Positions 18,309 to 25,080 of a DNA stretch of 64,000 nucleotides are shown here, piece by piece. The notes beneath the pieces were generated by a model that ran no database searches, was not told where the DNA came from, and was given only the letters and a program-made list of their open reading frames with translations. Both the position numbers and the translations under genes were made by a program. The stretch is from Candidatus Spyradocola sp. (GTDB lineage Bacteria > Bacillota > Clostridia > Christensenellales > UBA1750), in contig JBMNOF010000003.1 of the NCBI GenBank assembly GCA_050942925.1, positions 25,314-89,313 of the forward strand, written 5' to 3'. How positions within the stretch are numbered: position 1 is the first letter of the stretch; the number at the start of each line of letters is the position of its first letter.

Positions 18309-18695
18309 TCAGGCCTGTTCGGTCAAAAAATCCAGCGGCACCTCAATGGTCTCCCCGCACTTGGGGCAGGTGATGTGATAGGCTGGAACATCCTCCATGT
18401 TGATGCGCTGGTAGAGATCCTGCAGGTAGGCGATGTCCACCGTGAACAGGTTCTCGATGACGCGGGTCGAGATGGAGGGCAGCGTTCCCAGCTTGGTCAC
18501 CACGCGCGAGAGGAGGATGATGGAAAGGTATCCGCCGTTCTGCTGCACGCGCGGGTCCTTCAGGGGCAGGATCTCGTCCGCCGCCGTGGCAAGGCGCATC
18601 ACGCCGTTGCGGTGCACGTTGCCCTCGCCATCCACGTAGCCCTTCGGAAGCGTAAATTCAAATTCGGTTTGCATTGTATCCATCCTCGTTTCCAT
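18309..18695 (-). CDS. gpE-like tail assembly chaperone with C-terminal zinc-ribbon
   Basis: Sits between tube genes. GVMRLATAADEILPLKDPRVQQNGGYLSIILLSRVVTKLGTLPSISTRVIENLFTVDIAYLQDLY resembles P2 gpE-type chaperones. C-terminus HITCPKCGETIEVP. The start may be the third ATG (18674), which has a better-spaced GAGGA. Confidence 0.5.
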   Translation of the reverse strand: METRMDTMQTEFEFTLPKGYVDGEGNVHRNGVMRLATAADEILPLKDPRVQQNGGYLSIILLSRVVTKLGTLPSISTRVIENLFTVDIAYLQDLYQRINMEDVPAYHITCPKCGETIEVPLDFLTEQA

Positions 18696-18819
18696 CTAGG
18701 ATTACAAACAGTATAGCGAATGGAAAACAGTACGGCAAGCACTTTGCGCATGCCTGCCGTACCGCACAATTTGAGTTATCGTTTCACCGGCTCAGCGAGC
18801 CGGTGCGGCGCGCGCGGCA

Positions 18820-19305
18820 TTAGACCTCAGAGGCTGTCGCGGCGTCCTCGCCGGTGGCGACGCGGGCCAGGCCCTCGTGCGCGAATTCCACGGACTCCAC
18901 CGCGACTTCCGCCGACAAGGCGTTGAAGTCGGGAATGGAGTAGCGGCACGGCCAAGCGTTGATGATCAGCCATTCCGGTCCGGGGTTGCCTGCGTCGTCG
19001 ATCAGGCGAACGGTGATGTTGCGCCGCTCGATGCCCGTGGGGCCTGCCTGCTCGCTGGCGGCCACGGTGTAGATCCAATCCAGGAACTCAAAGTCGCCAA
19101 CCAGGCCCCAGCGCAGGGTGATGTTGCCGTACTTGGTCAGGCCCGGCAGCTTGCGGGGCGTGTTGCGCAGATCGTTGCCCTCGCGGTATTCCACGACGTC
19201 CACGTTGAGGTCGAAGCCCGACACCTCGGAGAAACCGCCGCGGGTTACGCCGTCAATTTCCACTTCAAATCGGAACGTTCTATAGGGATAGCGAATTTCT
19301 GACAT
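18820..19305 (-). CDS. gp19-type tail tube protein, paralogue 1 (Afp1-like)
   Basis: MSEIRYPYRTFRFEVEIDGVTRGGFSEVSGFDLNVDVVEYREGNDLRNTPRKLPGLTKYGNITLRWGLV is the canonical T4 gp19/eCIS tube signature. Confidence 0.9.
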   Translation of the reverse strand: MSEIRYPYRTFRFEVEIDGVTRGGFSEVSGFDLNVDVVEYREGNDLRNTPRKLPGLTKYGNITLRWGLVGDFEFLDWIYTVAASEQAGPTGIERRNITVRLIDDAGNPGPEWLIINAWPCRYSIPDFNALSAEVAVESVEFAHEGLARVATGEDAATASEV

Positions 19306-19347
19306 AAGCTAAATCGTCCTTTCCGATGCGCTCTGTGGCACCTGATT

Positions 19348-21144
19348 TTACTCGCCGCCGCCGGCTTCTGCCGTGTGCTGCGTGATGCGGAAGATCACGA
19401 ACTCGGCGGGCTTGACCGGCGCAATGCCGATGTTGCAAATCAGCCGGCCGTTGTCGATGTCGTCCTGCGTCATGGTCGTGCGGCCGATCTCAACGAAGAA
19501 CGCCTCGGAAGGAGAATTGCCCGCCAGCGCGCCGGAGCGCCACATGGAGGCCAGGAACATCTCCACCGTGCGGCGGACGCGGGACCACAGCGCCTCGCTG
19601 TTGGGCTCAAAGACGACCCAGTTGGTGTTCGCACGGATCGTCTCCTCCGTGTAGATGAAGAGACGGCGCACGTTGACGTACTTCCACAGCGCGTTGGAGG
19701 AAACCGTGCGCGCACCCCAGACGCGGATGCCGCGGCCGGTGAAGGCGCGGATCAGGTTCACGCCCTGGGGATTGAGCAGATCCTGCTCTCTCTCGTTGTA
19801 GGGGGTGGACAGGCCCGTGCAGCCGCGAACGACTTCGTTGGCCGGGGCCTTGTGCACGCCGCGCTCGGTGTCGCAGCGGGCGTAAATGCCCATCACCGCG
19901 CCAGAGGGCGGCATGTAGGCGCTGCGCTTGGTCAGCGCGTCGAAGCACTCCAGCCACGGATGGTACACCGCCGCGTAGCTCGAATCAAAGATGTCGCGCT
20001 GCTCGAGCAGTTCGTCCACCTTCGTGGCGGAAAGGGGCATATCCAGCACCGCAAAGCGGGACTTGAGGTTCTCGCAGTGCGCAACCAGCGAAAGCTGCAC
20101 GTCCGCGTCCGTCACGCCCGGCACCGCCATGATGGAGACCACGGCGTTCTCCAGGAACGCCTGGATGCCCGTGCGCTTGCCGGGGCCGTTGTCCACGCCG
20201 ATGTACTCCGCCGCGGTCACGCCCGCGATGTTGCCATCGGAACCGTTGTCCAGGGAGACGAGGAGCATGCCGCCCTTGCCGCCGACGGCCGCAAAGGGAG
20301 ACACAACGCCGGCCGCCGCCGCAACGGGCGCGGGAGCGGGCTCTTCCTTGCCGTCCTTGCCCTTGACGGGCGCGGGAGCGGCGGGCTTGGCAGCGGGCGC
20401 AGCCGCGCCAACCGCAACCTTGACCAGGTCGCTCTTCTGCATGCGGGCAACGATATAGTTAGAAGCCTCTGCATTGAAGGAAACCGCGTCGTACTCTTCC
20501 GAAGCATCCTCGTACTTGACGGTGACCTTGATCTCCGCCGTGCGGATGTACTTCATCGGGCGCAGGTTCTTGTCCACAACGTCCGCCGTCACCGGGCTCT
20601 CAAAGACGATGATATTGTCCTGAGAGGACTTGATCACCGCGTAGGAAGAGGCCTTGCCGTCGAACAGCTCGACGACATCGCCCGCGTTGAAGCCATCGCA
20701 GGACTTCACCTTCAGGGCGTTGTCGGCGACCTTCTCGTAAACCTGGGTGCGGGCCTTGGAGGCGGGCTCCAGAATCACGCGGATGGCGTTGCCCCACATG
20801 CCGGGATTGGCAGCGGTAAAGGTCAGGCGGCCGGCCGAAGCGGTCGCGGGCTTGGCGTCTTCGGGCGCGACGCGCATGATGAAGGCGCGGGCACCACCGT
20901 TGAGGAAGAACTGCTCCACTGCGTAGGGCAGGAAGCGCTTATCCCCGTACTTGGCTTCCGAAAGGTAGCCGCCGTAGGTGCGCTGGTAGTCCGCAAAGCT
21001 GGTCACAAGCTGGGGCTTGCCGATGACGGGTCCCCGCATCGCCATGCCGATGAAGCCTGCCGTCGAGGTGCTGACTGCCTCCATGGGCACCGCACCGGAG
21101 TCAAATTCTTCGACGTAAACACCGGGGGAAAGATATTCTGGCAT
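19348..21144 (-). CDS. contractile tail sheath protein
   Basis: N-terminus MPEYLSPGVYVEEFDSGAVPMEAVSTSTAGFIGMA; C-terminal GVNLIRAFTGRGIRVWGARTVSSNALWKYVNVRRLF...FEPN is typical of the sheath family. 598 aa, with an internal Ala/Pro-rich insertion. Confidence 0.9.
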   Translation of the reverse strand: MPEYLSPGVYVEEFDSGAVPMEAVSTSTAGFIGMAMRGPVIGKPQLVTSFADYQRTYGGYLSEAKYGDKRFLPYAVEQFFLNGGARAFIMRVAPEDAKPATASAGRLTFTAANPGMWGNAIRVILEPASKARTQVYEKVADNALKVKSCDGFNAGDVVELFDGKASSYAVIKSSQDNIIVFESPVTADVVDKNLRPMKYIRTAEIKVTVKYEDASEEYDAVSFNAEASNYIVARMQKSDLVKVAVGAAAPAAKPAAPAPVKGKDGKEEPAPAPVAAAAGVVSPFAAVGGKGGMLLVSLDNGSDGNIAGVTAAEYIGVDNGPGKRTGIQAFLENAVVSIMAVPGVTDADVQLSLVAHCENLKSRFAVLDMPLSATKVDELLEQRDIFDSSYAAVYHPWLECFDALTKRSAYMPPSGAVMGIYARCDTERGVHKAPANEVVRGCTGLSTPYNEREQDLLNPQGVNLIRAFTGRGIRVWGARTVSSNALWKYVNVRRLFIYTEETIRANTNWVVFEPNSEALWSRVRRTVEMFLASMWRSGALAGNSPSEAFFVEIGRTTMTQDDIDNGRLICNIGIAPVKPAEFVIFRITQHTAEAGGGE

Positions 21145-21278
21145 GTTCGTTTCTGACCCGCTGCTTGCGCGTGGATCAGAGTCCTCCTCTCGCCTTGTTT
21201 TTTTGCCGCACGCCGTATTCGGGCGCGCAGCTCTATCTCTTGGGACCCTTCCGCTGTGCGGCCGAATCCCTCAAGCAT

Positions 21279-21662
21279 CTACAGTTCCAGTGCGCCAAGG
21301 CACTGCTCGATCAGCGCTCTTTGCCGGGCGAGCGCATGCTCCAGCGTCCACCGGGCGCCAAGCTCGTCCTCGTAGTAAAGCGTCTGCTTCAGGTACGCGC
21401 GCCCCGCCTCGTCCGCAACGAGACAACCGTCTCCAAGTGTGCGGTTCAAGCGGTTGCAGCGCAAGGCCATGTCCGTGGGTTCCGCCTGCGCCGGCAGGCG
21501 CGCATAGAGCGCAAACCGTCCCGCGCGGCATCGAAGCACGACTGGCACCTTGCCCCGCCGGCTTTGCGCGCAAAGGCAGAGCTCTTCCCCATGCCGTTCA
21601 AAGGGGATCTCCATCGCCTGCAGCGCGTCCTGCGCCAGCGGCAGCGGGTCTTCCCTCTCCAT
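21279..21662 (-). CDS. YbjN / type-III-secretion-chaperone-like (TY-Chap-like) small protein
   Basis: Start trimmed to ATG 21662 (GGCGAGGTG RBS). The pattern LAQDALQAMEIPFERHGEELCLCA...VPVVLRCRAGRFALYARLP...ALRCNRLNRTLGDGCLVADEAGRAYLKQTLYYED resembles YbjN/CesT-like chaperone folds. The call rests on recollection only. Confidence 0.4.
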   Translation of the reverse strand: MEREDPLPLAQDALQAMEIPFERHGEELCLCAQSRRGKVPVVLRCRAGRFALYARLPAQAEPTDMALRCNRLNRTLGDGCLVADEAGRAYLKQTLYYEDELGARWTLEHALARQRALIEQCLGALEL

Positions 21663-21993
21663 GGGTATGCACCTCGCCTTCCGAACTGTCGTCGGGGTCA
21701 TCGTCGAATTCGGGGATGCACTCGGGGACGACGGCTTCCGGATTTCCCTCCACCGGGACCCAGTCCGCTGCCGGTTCCTCCGGCAAGCGCTCGGGCCGGA
21801 CCGAATCCGCGCCCACGCTGCGCTCGAACAGGTGCAGCGCAGCGGCGTTGCCCGCGCACAGTCCCACAGCTTGTATCGCCGCTGCGGACAATCGCGCGCC
21901 CCCCCCCTTGCAGGGCGCGCAGGGACTGTCCGACCGCGCCGCGCTGCCGCGGTGCTTTCCTGCTGCGGACGCTTTCCTCCTTATTCTCCTCAA
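21598..21993 (-). CDS. possible small acidic protein; start unresolved, contains a G9 homopolymer
   Basis: This is the only coding-like frame (GC3-rich) across 21700-21900: ..FERSVGADSVRPERLPEEPAADWVPVEGNPEAVVPECIPEFDDDPDDSSEGEV. There is no good RBS at the TTG 21993 start, and it overlaps the next gene by 64 nt. Confidence 0.3.
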   Translation of the reverse strand: MRRIRRKASAAGKHRGSAARSDSPCAPCKGGGARLSAAAIQAVGLCAGNAAALHLFERSVGADSVRPERLPEEPAADWVPVEGNPEAVVPECIPEFDDDPDDSSEGEVHTHGEGRPAAAGAGRAAGDGDPL

Positions 21994-22937
21994 TTCGCTG
22001 TTTTTCCTGCTTTTGTTCCAACATTTTCTGTGATTTCCGTCTCCGGATCGGGAGATTGTGAAATGTCCGTGAACCCTTCATCGGAATCCTGGAAAAATTC
22101 TGCTTCCATTCGTGCAAAAAGGGATTCTGCTGCACGCGCATTTGCCAGCATGGACTCCAATTTGGTTAAGAAGTCCCGTTTTCTTTGCTCTTTCTTTTGC
22201 AAGAGCGCGCGTGCGCGCACAAGAGCGCGGTCCACGATGCGGATCTCTTCCGAGGATGCGTTCCACATTCTGCGCCGCTTTTCCGAAAGCGCCTCCACAA
22301 GCCCCCGATCCTCCTCCGTAAAGAGGAAGGGGAAGGTTTCGCGCAGCGTGTTCACGCCCTGCCCCTCCAGGGCCAGCGCGGACTTCTGCACCGCGGATAG
22401 CGCGCGGGTTGCGGCGGCCGTCGCGCGCAGCGTCACCGCCACGGCGGCATGTGCATCCCCGCCAAACCGAACGCGAACGCTGCTCTGGGGAACGGGTCTC
22501 TCGTCCGCCAGGCTGTCGATGCGCCTGCGCGACTCCGTGCGGGGCAAGCCCCGTCCTGCGGCACGCTCCATGCAGGCATACAGCATCATCTCGCCCTGGC
22601 CGCGGAGAACGGCGCCCGCCATGCGTCCGCTTTGGAACGCATAGGACACAAACCGGCGAAGGCCCCCCTGCTCGTCGTTTTCAACGAGTTCCCGCATGTC
22701 GGTTTTCTGCGGTTCCTTAGGCGCCTTTCCGGCCAAGATCTGTGCGCTCTGCGTGCCGACAAGGTCAAAAACGCAGGAAAATCCGTCGCTCAAGGCATAG
22801 ACAGGGTCCCGATTGGGCGCATAGTCCACGCCCGCATTCTTGCGCAGCAGCGCAAGCAATCGTTCCTCTGCACGAATATCCGGTCTTTCCGGCCCAGCCT
22901 TGTGCGCTTCCTGTCGCTTTGTGCGATAGATGCTCAT
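21990..22937 (-). CDS. hypothetical protein, first gene of the tail-like operon
   Basis: Start trimmed to ATG 22937 (GGAGGAG RBS), about 75 nt downstream of the predicted promoter. 315 aa, no TM segment and no motif I recognise. Acidic C-terminus FFQDSDEGFTDISQSPDPETE. Confidence 0.65.
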   Translation of the reverse strand: MSIYRTKRQEAHKAGPERPDIRAEERLLALLRKNAGVDYAPNRDPVYALSDGFSCVFDLVGTQSAQILAGKAPKEPQKTDMRELVENDEQGGLRRFVSYAFQSGRMAGAVLRGQGEMMLYACMERAAGRGLPRTESRRRIDSLADERPVPQSSVRVRFGGDAHAAVAVTLRATAAATRALSAVQKSALALEGQGVNTLRETFPFLFTEEDRGLVEALSEKRRRMWNASSEEIRIVDRALVRARALLQKKEQRKRDFLTKLESMLANARAAESLFARMEAEFFQDSDEGFTDISQSPDPETEITENVGTKAGKTAN

Positions 22938-23018
22938 TTTCTCCTCCTGCTGTTCTGTTCCCACCGGAGGCACGAGCAAAGCGTTCTTTTTTCTATATTA
23001 CGGCTTCAGCCCTTTTTC

Positions 23019-23048
23019 ATTATAGCACTTGGATTTTTTCGTTGTCAA
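23019..23048 (-). promoter_or_regulatory. sigma-70-type promoter of the tail-like operon (TTGACA-18-TGcTATAAT)
   Basis: The minus strand reads ggaTTGACAacgaaaaaatccaagTGcTATAATgaaaaag. It is embedded in an obviously AT-rich ~200-bp island (22985-23190) in otherwise GC-rich DNA. Confidence 0.7.
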
Positions 23049-23247
23049 TCCCTTCCTTTTTGATGAAAATCTTCACATTTATCCTGTTTTTACTGCAATT
23101 ACTTTCGAAAAATAATATTTTACCATTTTATATAGGCTGCATTTATTTTATTCCCTAAACGAATACGTAAATTTCCCTTTTTCTGTCTATGCAGACAAAC
23201 GTCCCGGGCAAAAGCCACCCGTGGACGTTTGTCAAGAGATCTCGGCA

Positions 23248-24249
23248 TCAGGGCTTTGCGCGCGAATAGCGCTGGGCAATCCGCAGCACGTCCTTGCGCA
23301 CCTGCTCGCGCAGCTCTTCGGGGGCGAGGACCTCGCAGACGCTGGCGTATTGCAGGGCGAAAAAGCGCATGTTTTCCAAGCTGGAGCGCAGATGCACCTC
23401 CATCATCTCCCCATCCTCGCAGGGGATCATCTGCGCGTAGTGGCCGAAGGCGTCGTAGACCTGTCCGGCAGCGGTCACAGGCATGCGCAACGTCACGCGC
23501 ACGGGCTCGCCGCTGTACATATAGCGGTGCTCGGCCGCATAGCGCGCCATGTCCACGCCCCCGCGAAACTCCGGAAGGTCATAGGGCGTCATGGCGCCAA
23601 GGTCGGTGACGACCAAGTCGCGCATGTGGTCCACGCGGAAGTGGCGGAGTTCCTTGGAGCCCTCGTAGCAGGCGAGCAGGTAGTACTGCCCTTGCGCACA
23701 GAGCAGCGCCAACGGGTGCGCCTGCCGGACGCGGCCGTCTGGAACCAGCTCCCCGTCCAGCCCGATGTGGCAATAGAGGAAGCGCACCTGCAAGTGCTCG
23801 TGCACCGCGCGGCTGAGACCGTCCATGCAGTCAAAGAAATCGCGGTGGTGCATCCGGTGCCACTTGTCCACGGCGTGCACGTCCTGCACGCCGCTGGAAA
23901 AGCCCGCGCGGCCCAGATCCGTCAGCTTGCCGATGAGCTCGCGCGCCTCCTGCGAGGGAATGTACCGGCTGAGCAGCACGCTGTCGATGAGCACGCGCAG
24001 CTCCATGTCGGAGAAGAGCGGCTCCAGGTACGCGCCCTTTCCGCCCGGGCCGGTGCGAATGGGATAGCGCATCTCCCGCAGGAGGGAGAGATTCCGGGAG
24101 ATGGCATTTCGCCCCGCCTCCATGCCGAAGTCCTTCTCGATGTACTCCTCCATCTGCGCAATCGTCAGGGGGCGCTCACTGGACGAATGGGCCCGGAGCA
24201 CCTTGAGGATGCACAGCGCAAGACCTTTCTTTCCACTCAATGTCGTCAT
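23248..24249 (-). CDS. WYL-domain transcriptional regulator (HTH-WYL-WCX architecture)
   Basis: N-terminal wHTH-like KKGLALCILKVLRAHSSSERPLTIAQMEEYIEKDFG. WYL core PLALLCAQGQYYLLACYEGSKELRHFRVDHMRDLVV. Confidence 0.8.
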   Translation of the reverse strand: MTTLSGKKGLALCILKVLRAHSSSERPLTIAQMEEYIEKDFGMEAGRNAISRNLSLLREMRYPIRTGPGGKGAYLEPLFSDMELRVLIDSVLLSRYIPSQEARELIGKLTDLGRAGFSSGVQDVHAVDKWHRMHHRDFFDCMDGLSRAVHEHLQVRFLYCHIGLDGELVPDGRVRQAHPLALLCAQGQYYLLACYEGSKELRHFRVDHMRDLVVTDLGAMTPYDLPEFRGGVDMARYAAEHRYMYSGEPVRVTLRMPVTAAGQVYDAFGHYAQMIPCEDGEMMEVHLRSSLENMRFFALQYASVCEVLAPEELREQVRKDVLRIAQRYSRAKP

Positions 24250-24283
24250 GTGCGCACACCTCCTCTTCCCTTGAAGCAGGGGT

Positions 24284-24308
24284 TTCTATACTCACTTTCA
24301 GTATAGAA
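24284..24308. promoter_or_regulatory. perfect 9-bp inverted repeat (TTCTATACT-N7-AGTATAGAA) in the WYL gene 5' region
   Basis: Lies 35-59 nt upstream of the WYL start codon and overlaps TATACT-like -10 hexamers on both strands. It is a candidate operator. Confidence 0.4.
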
Positions 24309-24452
24309 CATCTTCCCGAAAAAAGGAAGGGCTGACGCGCGTTTTTTCCTTAAATTTAGGGATAATTCGCGGTCGTCTCCGGCGTACGCCGCACTGAAAA
24401 TGGTGCTTTCATCTCCACACAGGGGCCACTTTGCACCAAAAAGAGGGAAGCC

Positions 24453-24938
24453 TTACTTCAAGAACTTTTCCGGCAGGCGGCGGCGCAGAAGCGCAAGCAG
24501 CGGCAGGCCCAGAACATAGCACACCACCGCCTGGCCCAGGGCGACGGAGCCCATGCCCAGTAGAAGCGGCGTGCCATAGGCCACGTTCAAGACCCAGCCC
24601 ACGACAAGGCCGTTGACCACGACCACGGGCAGAAGCGCCACCCAGGCCGGGAACTTGCGAAGGGCATAGGTCAGGATTCCCGCCAGCAGCGTTGCCAGCG
24701 ATCCAAAGACAATGTCCAGGATTCCCGCTCCGCCGATCAGGTTGGCGATCAGGCAGCCGACGAACAGCCCCGGAATCGCCTCCGGCATCAGCAGCGGCAG
24801 AATCGTCAGCGCCTCGCTGATGCGGAACTGCACTTCTCCATAGGAAATGGGGGCCAGCGCCGCGCACAGCACGGCATAGATCGCAGCGATCAGCGCGCCG
24901 CGCACCAGCCGGCGCAGCGCCTTTCTGTCTTCCGTCAT
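24453..24938 (-). CDS. queT: queuosine-precursor transporter QueT (ECF S-component-like)
   Basis: Start trimmed to ATG 24938 (GGAGAAGGAG RBS). Multi-TM sequence ...APISYGEVQFRISEALTILPLL...CLIANLIGGAGILDIVFGSLATLLAG is typical of QueT. A preQ1 riboswitch lies upstream. Confidence 0.8.
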   Translation of the reverse strand: MTEDRKALRRLVRGALIAAIYAVLCAALAPISYGEVQFRISEALTILPLLMPEAIPGLFVGCLIANLIGGAGILDIVFGSLATLLAGILTYALRKFPAWVALLPVVVVNGLVVGWVLNVAYGTPLLLGMGSVALGQAVVCYVLGLPLLALLRRRLPEKFLK

Positions 24939-24980
24939 ACAAACTCTCTCCTTCTCCGGCACATGGCCGAAATTCTCACG

Positions 24981-25013
24981 CAAAAAAGAGGGGAGCATGA
25001 ACCGCTCCCCTCT
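24981..25013 (-). terminator. intrinsic terminator in the queT leader (riboswitch expression platform)
   Basis: The minus strand reads AGAGGGGAGCggttcatGCTCCCCTCTTTTTTTG. Confidence 0.7.
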
Positions 25014-25080
25014 GCAAAACGTGCGCACGACACAAAACGCCTGCGCACCCCCGAAGTTCGGGGGGCGCATGGCGGTGCAG

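Noticed and set aside
21698-22141. A 147-aa minus-strand ORF overlapping the end of the first operon gene.
   Set aside because: Most of it is out-of-frame overlap with the 315-aa gene, and the remainder is Arg/Gly-rich. It is relevant only as the ATG-bearing frame that a G9-to-G8 change would fuse to the acidic frame (see the homopolymer finding).
1-23250. Interpretation as an intact prophage or a PBSX/diffocin-type tailocin.
   Set aside because: No capsid, portal, terminase, integrase, repressor, holin or endolysin gene is present in the window or 5' of the tail genes. The tube and sheath are of the gp19/eCIS type rather than the XkdK/XkdM type. The left edge is unseen, so a lysis cassette or ATPase there cannot be excluded.
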